Of a stretch of 64,000 bases of DNA, positions 38,845-48,414 are shown in pieces. The translations under genes and the position numbers were made by a program. Below the pieces are notes generated by a model, which was not told the origin of the DNA, ran no database searches, and was given only the letters and a program-made list of their open reading frames with translations. The DNA is from Desulfuromonadales bacterium (lineage in GTDB: Bacteria > Desulfobacterota > Desulfuromonadia > Desulfuromonadales > SZUA-540). The number at the start of each line of letters is the position of its first letter. Position 1 is the first letter of the stretch. The DNA lies in NCBI GenBank assembly GCA_033549025.1, contig JAWSUS010000002.1, positions 1 to 64,000 on the forward strand, written 5' to 3'.

Positions 38845-40389
38845 TCAATCCTCCTCATCCACAACGTCGACAGGTTTCCCACCGGAAACTCTTCTCAGCA
38901 TCCGCTTCAGGTGACCGAAATAAGGCCACAGGAAGGAAAAAAGGCAGAGAACAATAAGGACCCACGACAGGGGATTGATGAACAGGGTCGTATAAGGCCA
39001 GGCATACCCCATGCCGGTAAGATAGGCCTGCACCAGCCCCTCTTCCATGATCGGCCCAAGGATGAGGCCAAGGACGATCGGGGCGCCGTGGAAGCCGAGG
39101 TAGCGAAGGGCAAATCCAATGAGGCCGAACAGCAGCATCAGAATAACGTCCGTATAGTTGTTCCGGATGGCATAGGAGCCGACGATAGTCAGAATCCCGA
39201 TTCCCGGCACCAGAAAGCGCGGCGGCAGGGTGGCGACAAAGCGGGTGAGAATCCGCCCGCCATAGAGCCCCACGGGAATCATGACGAGGGCGGAGAGCCC
39301 CAGGGCCAGCATGAAGGTATAGGTAATATCGGCCCGCTCGGCAAAGAGCTCTGGACCGGGCCGCAACCCCTGCAGCATCAGCACGCCATAAATGATGGCA
39401 TCCGGCGGTGCCCCCGGAATTCCCAGCGTGACCAGAGGGATGATTCCCCCACCGACGACGGCGTTGTTGGCCGTCTCCGTCGCGACCACCCCATCCACGA
39501 TTCCTGTCCCGAACTTTTCCGGCTCTTTGGAGGCCCGCCGCGCCTCATTGTAGGCGACCAGATTGGCGATGTTACCGCCGGCTCCCGGCAGAATCCCCAC
39601 CACCGTCCCGATGATGGAAGAACGGATCAGGTTGCCCGGCTTGGAAAAAACTTTTCGGGTGGTCGACCACAAGACCCCCTTTGAGCGCTTGTATTCCACC
39701 GCCTGATGGTTTTTGACCCCCTTGAGCACCATCATCAGCAATTCGGGGACGCAGAACAGGCCGATGAGCATGACTATCAGATTAAAACCACCCTGAAGGG
39801 CAGGCTCACCAAAGGTAAATCGAACGTCGCCCCCGATCGGCGCGATGCCGATGGTCGAAATCAACACCCCGAAGGCCGCCCCCGTCATCCCCTTGAGAAA
39901 AGAACCCGCCGCCAGACTTGAGATGATGGTCAATCCGAACACGCCCACCCAGAAATATTCGGCCGGCCCGAAACGCAGAGCCAGCTCGGCCAGGGGCGGA
40001 CTGAGAAAAATCAGGGCGACAACACCGACGATGCCGCCAAAGGCCGAACCAAGGGTCGCGCCGACAATCGCCTCTTCCCCGCGCCCCTGCCTGGCCATGG
40101 GATAGCCGTCAAAGGTGGTTCCTATGGAGCTGGGGGTGCCCGGCGTATTGATGAGAATGGCGCTAAAGGCCCCCCCATAAATGCATCCCATATAGATCGC
40201 ACCCAGGGTAACCAGGCCCGCCACCGCGCTCATGGTATAGGTAAAAGGCACCAGAAGGGCCACGGCCATGGTCGCGGTCAGTCCCGGCAGCGAACCGACC
40301 ACCATGCCCGCCACCGTTCCGGCCAGCACGAGGAGCAGGTTTTCAAAGGAAAGGACATGGGTCATACCCACGAGAAGATGTTCCAGCAC
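38845..40389 (-). CDS. tctA: Tripartite tricarboxylate transporter large subunit
   Basis: GSLPGL, ILINTPGTP, DGYPMA, ETANNA, LGIPG. Confidence 0.93.
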   Translation of the reverse strand: MLEHLLVGMTHVLSFENLLLVLAGTVAGMVVGSLPGLTATMAVALLVPFTYTMSAVAGLVTLGAIYMGCIYGGAFSAILINTPGTPSSIGTTFDGYPMARQGRGEEAIVGATLGSAFGGIVGVVALIFLSPPLAELALRFGPAEYFWVGVFGLTIISSLAAGSFLKGMTGAAFGVLISTIGIAPIGGDVRFTFGEPALQGGFNLIVMLIGLFCVPELLMMVLKGVKNHQAVEYKRSKGVLWSTTRKVFSKPGNLIRSSIIGTVVGILPGAGGNIANLVAYNEARRASKEPEKFGTGIVDGVVATETANNAVVGGGIIPLVTLGIPGAPPDAIIYGVLMLQGLRPGPELFAERADITYTFMLALGLSALVMIPVGLYGGRILTRFVATLPPRFLVPGIGILTIVGSYAIRNNYTDVILMLLFGLIGFALRYLGFHGAPIVLGLILGPIMEEGLVQAYLTGMGYAWPYTTLFINPLSWVLIVLCLFSFLWPYFGHLKRMLRRVSGGKPVDVVDEED

Positions 40390-40420
40390 AACCGACGCTC
40401 CTTTCAGAAAGTGGTTATGA

Positions 40421-40451
40421 CCGGGCGGCTACCAGGGAGGCAGCCACCCGG
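40421..40451. other. Intercistronic hairpin after tctC (possible mRNA-stabilising structure)
   Basis: CCGGGCGGCTACC...GGCAGCCACCCGG, pairs on the minus strand with G-U; no U-tract. Confidence 0.5.
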
Positions 40452-40478
40452 CGAAGACCGACGAAGCAATCCAGCAAA

Positions 40479-41444
40479 CTACTTCTTCAACATGCCCAAT
40501 TCACCCAGGAGCGCTTCGTATTCAACCATCTTTTCCTTGATAAAGGCTTCTGATTCCGCAGGTCCCATCGTTTCTTTTTTGAAGCCGTTTTCGTTCATTT
40601 TCTTGATAACTTCCGGCTCTTCCATCACCTTGGCAAAGGACTCGGCGATGTACTGAATCCGGTCGTCAGGCGTTCCGGGAGGGGCCGCCACCCCACGGTA
40701 GGCGCCTTCGACGATGTCGTAGCCCAGCTCTTTAAAGGTGGGTACGTCCGGGAGAATAGCCATGCGCTCTTCCGTCATAATGGCCAGCGGCCGGAATTTG
40801 TCCTGGTACTGCACCGCCATGGTCGAATAGGTCATGAGCGAGCCGACATGGCCGCCAAGAAGAGCAGGCGTCGCCGCCCCGGAGCCGGTGAAGGGGATAT
40901 AGGTGATTTTGATGCCGGCGGCCTTGTTGAGCAGCTGAACGCCCAGTTCGTTGGCGGAACTGCTGCCGCTGCCGCCAGCCGTCACGACGTTGGGATGCTC
41001 TTTGGCATAGTCAATGAAATCCTTCAATGTCTTGAAGGGGCTGTCCTTTCTTACGACCAGGATATTGGGGGTGCTCTGGAAGAAACAGATCGGTTTCAGG
41101 TCCAGTGTTTGGTAGCCGGCATTGCCGCGGGTGAGAGGCTGGAGAACGATGTGGGGGAGATTGTTACCGGCGATGGTATAGCCGTCAGGCTTGCTCTGGA
41201 TGAGCTCCGACCAGCCTACCGAGCCGCCGCCGCCGATCTTGTAGGAAATGACCACACCGTCGGGAAAATACTTTTTCAGAGGAGCTTCCTGAATGCGCGC
41301 AGTTATGTCCGACTCGCCTCCCGGGTTAAAGCAGAGGATGTAATTGAGGGGCTTTTCAGGAAACTTTTCTGCGCGCGCATACATCGGCGACAGAGCCAGT
41401 GTCGTGACCAGGGCCAGGAAAATGCCAATCTTCAGTCCTTTCAT
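40479..41444 (-). CDS. tctC: Tripartite tricarboxylate transporter substrate-binding protein
   Basis: Signal peptide, FPEKP, PGGESD, KPDGYT, PDVPTFKELG; ATG 41444. Confidence 0.92.
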   Translation of the reverse strand: MKGLKIGIFLALVTTLALSPMYARAEKFPEKPLNYILCFNPGGESDITARIQEAPLKKYFPDGVVISYKIGGGGSVGWSELIQSKPDGYTIAGNNLPHIVLQPLTRGNAGYQTLDLKPICFFQSTPNILVVRKDSPFKTLKDFIDYAKEHPNVVTAGGSGSSSANELGVQLLNKAAGIKITYIPFTGSGAATPALLGGHVGSLMTYSTMAVQYQDKFRPLAIMTEERMAILPDVPTFKELGYDIVEGAYRGVAAPPGTPDDRIQYIAESFAKVMEEPEVIKKMNENGFKKETMGPAESEAFIKEKMVEYEALLGELGMLKK

Positions 41445-41594
41445 CCCTTTTCTCCTTTTCGTTGCAGGCCAATAAAAAATGCGGGCAGCACATGCTTCCC
41501 AGCACAGACATCTGTGAGAAGTTCTATCCCCTATCATCTCCCGGTGGATCGGGCCCGTTCCAAACTCTCAACATCTCCTGCAGAAGACACAGAT

Positions 41595-41610
41595 AGCGAC
41601 TTCCGTGCCA
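41595..41610 (-). promoter_or_regulatory. Sigma54 promoter of the tct operon
   Basis: TGGCACGGAAGTCGCT (GG-N10-GC). Confidence 0.75.
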
Positions 41611-41650
41611 AAATAAAAAGCCTTGCGATATCGGATACTTAAAAATTCAA

Positions 41651-41708
41651 TGTTTCAAGTTGTTTGACAGTGTCGCAGAATCGCTTCATTATGTTTCAAA
41701 TTGTCGCA
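41651..41708. repeat. Six phased TGTTTCA/TGTCGCA-like heptamers, candidate activator-binding region
   Basis: Starts at 41651, 41661, 41671, 41682, 41692, 41702. Confidence 0.6.
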
Positions 41709-41719
41709 AGGAGGCTCCC

Positions 41720-43579
41720 GTGTCCAAAATCGCCTGCATTCTGCCCGATGGTCGCCTGCTGGAAGGCGCACGAAATGTTTACAGGGACTGTTTCAGCGAG
41801 ATCCGAATCGAGAAAGGACTTCTGCAGGAAGCGGTGGAAGTGGCCATGGCGTTAGCCAGAGAGGATTATGAGGTCTTTATAAGTCGTGGCAGGACAGCGG
41901 CCATCATTCGGGAGGCGGGACTGGAGGCGTCCGTGGTGGAAATCCCGATCACGGCGATAGACGTCATCCAGACCATTGAACGGGCCAAGTTCCAGGGGAA
42001 GCACATCGGGGTGGTGGCCTTTGCCCCCATGATTCCAGGCATCGATTATCTCGGAACCATTCTGGGCGGCGGCATTCGCTTCTATCCCCTCGAACATGAA
42101 TCCAAGGTGGAAGAACTCGTGATCAGAGCCATCGGGGACAAGGCCGATGTCATTGTGGGAGGCGCGATTACGGGCAAGGTCGCCAAGAAACACGGGCTCC
42201 CCTTCGCCCTTATCGAAAACAGCCCGGAAAGCATGCTGCAGGCGGCCCAGGAAGCCCGAAACATCGCCTTTGCCCGCAAACAGGAGAAAGCCAGGGGGAA
42301 TCTCTTCAAAGCGGTCCTCGACTACGCCTATGACGGCATTATCTCCATCAATCGCGAAGGGAAGGTCACGTCCTTCAATCCCGTCGCCGAAAGGATGCTG
42401 CACATAAGTGAAGCCAACGCTCTCGGCCGCCCCATACGCCACATCTGGCCCGAGATCGAGTTGGAAGCCGTGCTGGACAATGCCCAGGAGGATCTCGGCC
42501 AACTGGCGAAGATCAACGACCACTACCTGGTCTGCAACAAGGCCCCCATTTGCGTCAACGGGAATGTCGTGGGAGCGGTGGCCACCTTTCAGGAAGCCAG
42601 CCACATCCAGCAGATGGAAGCAAAGGTACGTCGCCGCCTCTTTGCCTCCGGGCATCGGGCCACCTTCTGCTTCGACGATATCGTCGGCACCAGCGCCATC
42701 CTGAAAAAGCACATGGCCCTGGCCCGGGATTTCGCCAAAACCGACTCTTCGATCCTGATTCAGGGCGAAACCGGCACCGGCAAGGAGGTCTTTGCCCAGA
42801 GCATCCACAACTTCAGCAGTCGCCAGCAGGGCCCTTTCGTGGCCCTCAACTGTGCCGCCCTGCCGGCGCACATTCTCGAAAGCGAACTGTTCGGCTACGT
42901 CAGCGGGGCCTTTACCGGCGCCAGCAGCAAAGGGAAGCCCGGCCTTTTTGAAATAGCACACGGAGGAACCCTTTTTCTGGATGAAATCGCCGAGATGGAA
43001 TATGCCACCCAGGGAAAGCTGCTCCGTGTCCTGCAGGAAAAAAAGGTCATGCGTCTGGGCAGCGACAAAGTCACTCCTGTCAATGTGCGCATCATCGCGG
43101 CAACCAATCAGAACCTCAAAAGCCTGGTGAATGACAACAAGTTTCGGGCCGATCTTTACTACCGCCTGAACGTCCTGCAGTTGAGGCTCTTTCCTTTACG
43201 GGAAAGAAAGGAAGACATTCTTGCCCTCAGCCAGTTTTTTCTCGACAAGCACTCCCTGGCCTCCGGCCGCAAACTGACCTTAACCCCCAGAGCACTTCAA
43301 GCGTTGACAGAATACGGTTGGGCCGGAAATGTGCGCGAACTGCAGAACATTCTGGAAAGAATCCTCGCCACCCTCAAACAGGCGAAAATCGATGCCGACA
43401 TCGTTGGGCAGCACCTGGAGGATCATCATGAGCCGGAAATCCGTGCCCAGATTCTGCAGGACGAATGGGAGGAGATCAGGCGGGCCCTGGCCGAAGCCAG
43501 GGGCAAGCATGCGGAAGCAGCCAAAATACTGGGCATCAGCCGCTCAACGCTGTGGCGGAAGCTCAAAAAGATGCCCTGA
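41720..43579 (+). CDS. PrpR-like sigma54-dependent activator (PrpR_N-PAS-AAA+-HTH)
   Basis: ISRGRTA, PAS, GETGTGKE, ESELFG, GAFTGA, ISRSTLWRKL; GTG 41720 after AAGGAGG. Confidence 0.92.
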   Translation: MSKIACILPDGRLLEGARNVYRDCFSEIRIEKGLLQEAVEVAMALAREDYEVFISRGRTAAIIREAGLEASVVEIPITAIDVIQTIERAKFQGKHIGVVAFAPMIPGIDYLGTILGGGIRFYPLEHESKVEELVIRAIGDKADVIVGGAITGKVAKKHGLPFALIENSPESMLQAAQEARNIAFARKQEKARGNLFKAVLDYAYDGIISINREGKVTSFNPVAERMLHISEANALGRPIRHIWPEIELEAVLDNAQEDLGQLAKINDHYLVCNKAPICVNGNVVGAVATFQEASHIQQMEAKVRRRLFASGHRATFCFDDIVGTSAILKKHMALARDFAKTDSSILIQGETGTGKEVFAQSIHNFSSRQQGPFVALNCAALPAHILESELFGYVSGAFTGASSKGKPGLFEIAHGGTLFLDEIAEMEYATQGKLLRVLQEKKVMRLGSDKVTPVNVRIIAATNQNLKSLVNDNKFRADLYYRLNVLQLRLFPLRERKEDILALSQFFLDKHSLASGRKLTLTPRALQALTEYGWAGNVRELQNILERILATLKQAKIDADIVGQHLEDHHEPEIRAQILQDEWEEIRRALAEARGKHAEAAKILGISRSTLWRKLKKMP

Positions 43580-43696
43580 CCCCGACAAGCCCTGGACCCC
43601 GTCGCAATAATTAGCGTCAGGTTGCTTGCGGACCCACCATCTATTGATAAAGTCAAGACATGGGGGAAAGGGCAGCAAAAAAGAAAGGGGCCCTAA

Positions 43697-43936
43697 ATGA
43701 AAAAGATGCTGGGAATAACTTTTCTTTCGCTCCTTCTGGCAGCCTGCGCAGGTCAGGGAGAAATGGAGAGAGCAAAAGCCCTGTATGACAAGTATGACGC
43801 CCACTGCCGAGCGCACGCCAAGGAGGTGTCCGCCGAAATGGACGTGGAAGCACGATACCATGAGTGCATGAACTACTTCATTGGAACAGATCCACTATGT
43901 CCCTACTGCAAAGTCGATCACCACATGAAGCACTAG
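43697..43936 (+). CDS. Small Cys/His-rich lipoprotein, hypothetical
   Basis: MKK...LLAAC lipobox; C-terminal CPYCKVDHHMKH. Confidence 0.7.
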   Translation: MKKMLGITFLSLLLAACAGQGEMERAKALYDKYDAHCRAHAKEVSAEMDVEARYHECMNYFIGTDPLCPYCKVDHHMKH

Positions 43937-44012
43937 ATTGGTCTCTGCCCTTTCCCCAGAGCACCAACAGCAAACGACCTTACTCCGCCTGTCCACTGAA
44001 TTTGCCTTTCCT

Positions 44013-44576
44013 TTAGCCCTCCATCAGCAGAATGGCCTCGGCGACCTCCTTGAGGCTCTTGCGCTTGTCCATGGCGATCTTCTGCAACTTGCGGTAAGCC
44101 TCGGCCTCGCTCATCCCCTTGGCCATAAGTACGCCCTTGGCCTTGTCCACCTGTTTGCGCGTCTCCAAGGTTTCCTTGAGCTTATGCACCTCGTCCTTGA
44201 GGGTGGACACTTCCACAAAATGGTGAATGGCCAGATCGACGGCGGCATAGACCTGTTCAGCCCGCAGGGGTTTGAGGACATAATTCATGACCCCGGCCCG
44301 GCGGGCGCGCTCGATCGTCGCGACATCGGCGGTAGCCGTCAGCAGCACCACCGGGATCGACCGAATCTTGCCTATTCTTTCGGCAGCCGTGATGCCATCC
44401 ATAACGGGCATGGACACATCCATCACGATGAGGAGGGGATTTTTTACCCGGGCCAGGTCGAGGGCCTGACTGCCGTTTTCCGCCTCGACAATCTCATCAA
44501 AGCCGTAGTCGGCCAGAATTTCCGCCACCTGGCGACGCAGCATCGGTTCGTCATCAACGACCAGAGCACATTTCAT
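44013..44576 (-). CDS. REC-ANTAR response regulator (RNA antiterminator, GnfR/NasT-like)
   Basis: LVVDDE, MDVSMP, KP receiver motifs; RKQVDKAKGVLM...EAYRKLQKIAMD ANTAR domain. Confidence 0.93.
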   Translation of the reverse strand: MKCALVVDDEPMLRRQVAEILADYGFDEIVEAENGSQALDLARVKNPLLIVMDVSMPVMDGITAAERIGKIRSIPVVLLTATADVATIERARRAGVMNYVLKPLRAEQVYAAVDLAIHHFVEVSTLKDEVHKLKETLETRKQVDKAKGVLMAKGMSEAEAYRKLQKIAMDKRKSLKEVAEAILLMEG

Positions 44577-44622
44577 AAGCGTGGCACCTCCTTGGGAATT
44601 GCTTTTCCGTTAATCTTTCAAC

Positions 44623-44638
44623 TGCATTAACAATGCCT
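44623..44638 (-). promoter_or_regulatory. Sigma54 promoter of the ANTAR regulator
   Basis: AGGCATTGTTAATGCA (GG-N10-GC). Confidence 0.65.
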
Positions 44639-44642
44639 AAAT

Positions 44643-45461
44643 CTACCCCAGACTCCCCAGGCTGGCCAGAGAAACAAGATGGCGGCTCAATTCAGCGGGG
44701 CGTTCCCCCTTGACCATAAGAGCTGTTGAGCCACAAGGACGAAAACCGGCCCGGCTGAACAGGGGCGACAGGCCACTTTCGACCAGAAGATCGGTATAGA
44801 GCGGAGCGGTAGTATTGACCGCGTCCAGAGCCAGCCGCAGGAGCCGGCCGTTTTCCTCCAGGCAACGGCTGGCCGAATACCAGGGCCCCAGAATCTGCAT
44901 ATCTTCACCCTCCTGCACATGGAGACAGGAGAGGCCGGCAGCAAAAGTCTGGCCCCGCTCCGACAGGAAGGACAGCAGAGGACTGCGGGCTTCCTCCCAG
45001 GCCAGGGCGTCAAGCTGGCACAGCGCCTCGCGGCCATCGTAGTCAAAGGGCGGGAGGCCATCCCGCCTGGGCTCCGGGTCGTGCCGCCAGCGCTCGATCG
45101 TGCCGATGGAGCGGAATCCGCGCTTCTCATAGAGGGGCCGGCCCAGCTCAGAGGCGGTCAGGATTATAGACGCTGAACCGCGCCGCTCCAGGTGTCCAAC
45201 GGCAAAGTCGAACAACCTGCCCCCGGTGCCCTTGCCTCTTTCTTCCGGGGCCAGAATGAGGTTCCCTATCCAGCCGCTGCGAGGATGAGCCACCGTGGTG
45301 ACGAAACCTCGGCAGACGCCCCCCTCAAGCAGGGCGAAGGCGCCGCCGCGCAGAGGACCGGCAAACAGGTCGATTTCGAGGCGGGGGACCTGCCAGCCTT
45401 CCTCCTTGGCCAGTGTCAGAAAAACCCGCCAATCGCTGGTGGTGGCGGAGCGGATCTCCAT
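44643..45461 (-). CDS. GNAT-family N-acetyltransferase (two-domain)
   Basis: WIGNLIL, ERGKGTG, LTASELGRPLYEKRGF; ATG 45461 just after the nifV stop. Confidence 0.85.
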   Translation of the reverse strand: MEIRSATTSDWRVFLTLAKEEGWQVPRLEIDLFAGPLRGGAFALLEGGVCRGFVTTVAHPRSGWIGNLILAPEERGKGTGGRLFDFAVGHLERRGSASIILTASELGRPLYEKRGFRSIGTIERWRHDPEPRRDGLPPFDYDGREALCQLDALAWEEARSPLLSFLSERGQTFAAGLSCLHVQEGEDMQILGPWYSASRCLEENGRLLRLALDAVNTTAPLYTDLLVESGLSPLFSRAGFRPCGSTALMVKGERPAELSRHLVSLASLGSLG

Positions 45462-45462
45462 T

Positions 45463-46611
45463 TCAGGCCACGGCCTGGCACGAGGGCCAGAGAGAAAGCA
45501 GCTCATGGTCGCTCAAGGGACGTTTGCGCTGCTGGCTCAGGCGGCGAACACTGGGCAGCAGGCTGTCCGCCTGCTGCCGCGTGGCACGGATGCCCAACTC
45601 CTGCAGGCGGTGAACGAGACCCTGACTCCCCGAATGCTTGCCGAGGACCAGGTAGCGTGACAGTCCCACCTCAGCCGGATCGAAGCCCTCATAGTTGCAG
45701 GGATTTTTAATGACGCCGTCGGCGTGGAGCCCTGATTCATGGGAGAAGACCCGCTCACCGACCACGGCCTTCCATTCCGGTACGGGACGATGGCTGGCCT
45801 GCCCGACAAACCGGCTGATCTCCACAAAACGGCGGGTGTCCATGTGCAGATCGATGCCGTTGGCGTGCTTGAGGGCCATGACCACCTCTTCCAGGGCGGC
45901 ATTGCCGGCGCGTTCGCCAAGCCCGTTCACCGTGGTGTTGACGAAGCGGGCGCCGGCCCGGATCCCGGCCAGAGCGTTGGCCGTGGCCATACCGAGATCA
46001 TTATGGGTATGGATCTCGAGATCAAGGTCGACCCGGTCCCGCAGGAACCGGATTTTCTCGTAGGTGGAGAACGGGTCGAGAAGACCCAGCGTATCGCAGA
46101 AACGGAAGCGGTCCGCCCCCATGGCGCGGCCGATCTCCATCAGTTCGACAACAAAGTCAAGGTCGGCCCGGCTGGCATCTTCGCCGCCGATGGACACATA
46201 CAGGCCATGCTCCTTGGCGAAACCCAGGGCCGTCTTCAGCTGTTCTTTCACCCAGTCGCGACTTTTGCCCAACTTGTGCCGGATGTGGATATCGGACACG
46301 GACAGGGACAGATCAACGGCCTGCACCCCGGTGGCCAATGAGGCCTCGATGTCGCTGATCAGGGCACGGTTCCAGGTGATCAGGCGGGCGCCAAGACCAA
46401 GGTCGACCAAGGCTCTCACGTCGGCCTGCTCTTCTTTCCCCATGGCGGGAATGCCGCACTCCAGCTCTCCCACGCCGATTTCATCCAGCATGCGGGCGAT
46501 GCGAATTTTCTCCTGCCGCGAGAAGACCACCCCGGCGGTCTGTTCCCCGTCGCGCAGCGTGGTGTCGTCGATGATGACCTCTCTGTGCTGGATATCCGTT
46601 TCAACCGTCAT
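45463..46611 (-). CDS. nifV: Homocitrate synthase
   Basis: DTTLRDGEQTAG, HTHNDLGMATAN, GLGERAGNA, HESGLH; nif context. Confidence 0.93.
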   Translation of the reverse strand: MTVETDIQHREVIIDDTTLRDGEQTAGVVFSRQEKIRIARMLDEIGVGELECGIPAMGKEEQADVRALVDLGLGARLITWNRALISDIEASLATGVQAVDLSLSVSDIHIRHKLGKSRDWVKEQLKTALGFAKEHGLYVSIGGEDASRADLDFVVELMEIGRAMGADRFRFCDTLGLLDPFSTYEKIRFLRDRVDLDLEIHTHNDLGMATANALAGIRAGARFVNTTVNGLGERAGNAALEEVVMALKHANGIDLHMDTRRFVEISRFVGQASHRPVPEWKAVVGERVFSHESGLHADGVIKNPCNYEGFDPAEVGLSRYLVLGKHSGSQGLVHRLQELGIRATRQQADSLLPSVRRLSQQRKRPLSDHELLSLWPSCQAVA

Positions 46612-46628
46612 GGCCGGCTCCTTCCCAC

Positions 46629-46696
46629 AAAAAAAGCCCCGGGAAGCCTGTGGCCCTCCCGGGGCGTCGTTGCCCGTTTCCAGCGTCCTCGCTGGA
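46629..46696 (-). promoter_or_regulatory. ANTAR dual hairpin and terminator in the nifV leader
   Basis: P1 TCCAGC-GAGGAC-GCTGGA, P2 GGGC-AACGAC-GCCC overlapping terminator GCCCCGGGA...TCCCGGGGC-T7. Confidence 0.85.
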
Positions 46697-46718
46697 GAGT
46701 GAGTTCACCATAGTGCTA

Positions 46719-46734
46719 AGCACAGGCTGTGCCA
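46719..46734 (-). promoter_or_regulatory. Sigma54 promoter of nifV
   Basis: TGGCACAGCCTGTGCT (GG-N10-GC). Confidence 0.8.
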
Positions 46735-46917
46735 TAAACGAATCCGAGTCTAAAAGTCCCTGAGCCGGCCAGCACGGGGAAAAGGTCCCTGATGAAAAGC
46801 GTCCTCCTCGCCTTAAGTGATCAAAAAAGAGGCAGCTGAAACGCCGGGTGCCATTGAATCAATCGGGTCGACTTAAAGAATGGGGGTCATTTCAGGCCGC
46901 AGGGGACCCTTCCGAGC

Positions 46918-46933
46918 TGGCCGAAGTCTTGCA
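46918..46933 (+). promoter_or_regulatory. Sigma54 promoter of nifEN
   Basis: TGGCCGAAGTCTTGCA (GG-N10-GC). Confidence 0.7.
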
Positions 46934-47061
46934 GAGGTTTTTCAGCATAGCGCTGTCAAGCGCCTTGCCCGCCAAGGCTGACGTGGCAGAAAAGTTCCAT
47001 CTCAACGAGGCGACGGGACTGATTTTAATCTGAAATCGCTGCTTTCAGAAAGGATCAGACT

Positions 47062-48414
47062 GTGGCCACCAAACCGAAGATCAGAGAGCTGCTCGAAGAG
47101 AGCGCCTGTTCCCACAACAAAACCAAAAAGACCTCCTGCAATGCCCCCACCCCCGGTGCAACCACGGGTGGATGTGCTTTCGAAGGGGCCCAGATTTCCC
47201 TCTTCCCCTATGCCGATGCCGCCCATCTGGTGCATGGGCCGATCACCTGCCTGGCGGTATCCTGGGAAACCCGCGCCACCAAAACCAGCCATACCGGGCG
47301 GGATTTCACCCAGATGGGCTTCACCACCGATATTTCCAACACGGACGTCGTCTTCGGAGGCGAGGAGAAGCTGCTCGCCTCCATCGATTACATCCTGAAA
47401 CACTACTCCCCGGAAGCGATTTTCGTGTACGCCACCTGCGTCACAGCCCTCATCGGCGACGATATCGACGCTGTGTGCCGGCAGGCGGCGGAGAAATATG
47501 GCCTTCCGGTGGTGCCCGTGCACGCTCCCGGTTTCGTTGGGAGCAAGAACCTTGGCAGCCGTCTGGGGGGAGAAGCGGCGCTGATGCACCTGATCGGCAC
47601 CCTGGAGCCGGAGACCACCACCCCCTTCGACATCAACCTGATCGGCGAGTACAACGTCACCGGCGACATGTGGCAGTACTCGCACCTGCTCGACGAGCTG
47701 GGCATCCGCATCCTCTCCACCCTGAGCGGCGACGGGCGGGTCCGCGCCATCCGCAGCGCCCATCGGGCCAGGCTCAACGTGATCGTCTGCGCCAAATCCC
47801 TGATCTCTTTGACCCGCAAGATGGAAGAGAAGTACGGTATCCCCCATATTTCCCTCTCTTTCTATGGCAAGCGTGACACCAGCGCGGGGCTGCTGGCCAT
47901 CGCCGAGGCTCTCGGCGACACGGACCTGATCGAACGAACCAAACGACTTATTGTCCGCGAAGAGGCCGCCCTCGAGGAAAAACTCACTCCTTACCGCGCG
48001 TTGTTTCGCGGCAAGAAAGCGGTGCTCAACACCGGGGGAAACAAAACCTGGTCCATTGCTGCGGCCCTGCAGGATCTGGGCATCGAGGTGGTGGCCACCG
48101 CCGTGAAGAAGGCGACCGAGGCCGACCGGGAGAAGGCGCGCGAGGTCCTCGGAGAAAAGGGGGTGCTGATGATGAATCCGGGCGCGGAGCAGGCCAGGAT
48201 CATTGAGGAGAGGGGAGCACATCTGCTGCTGGCCGGAGGCCGCAGCCTTTACACCGCCATCAAGAAAGGGATCGCCTTCGCCGACGTCAACCAGGAGAAG
48301 AAAAAGAGCTATGGCGGCTACAACGGCCTGCTCAATCTGGCCGAAGATCTGAAGAACGCCTTGGGAAATCCGGTCTTCAAAAACGCCGCACGGAGGGCCC
48401 CATGGGAGAAATAA
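47062..48414 (+). CDS. nifE: FeMo-cofactor scaffold NifE
   Basis: GGCAFEGA, HLVHGPITC, YATCVTALIGDD, NTGGNKTWS, APWE. Confidence 0.93.
   Translation: MATKPKIRELLEESACSHNKTKKTSCNAPTPGATTGGCAFEGAQISLFPYADAAHLVHGPITCLAVSWETRATKTSHTGRDFTQMGFTTDISNTDVVFGGEEKLLASIDYILKHYSPEAIFVYATCVTALIGDDIDAVCRQAAEKYGLPVVPVHAPGFVGSKNLGSRLGGEAALMHLIGTLEPETTTPFDINLIGEYNVTGDMWQYSHLLDELGIRILSTLSGDGRVRAIRSAHRARLNVIVCAKSLISLTRKMEEKYGIPHISLSFYGKRDTSAGLLAIAEALGDTDLIERTKRLIVREEAALEEKLTPYRALFRGKKAVLNTGGNKTWSIAAALQDLGIEVVATAVKKATEADREKAREVLGEKGVLMMNPGAEQARIIEERGAHLLLAGGRSLYTAIKKGIAFADVNQEKKKSYGGYNGLLNLAEDLKNALGNPVFKNAARRAPWEK

Noticed and set aside
43644..43656. FNR/HcpR-like site TTGAT-aaa-GTCAA
   Set aside because: 13 bp, one short of the 14-bp consensus spacing
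46934..47061. ANTAR element in the nifE leader
   Set aside because: No hexaloop hairpin pair and no U-tailed terminator found
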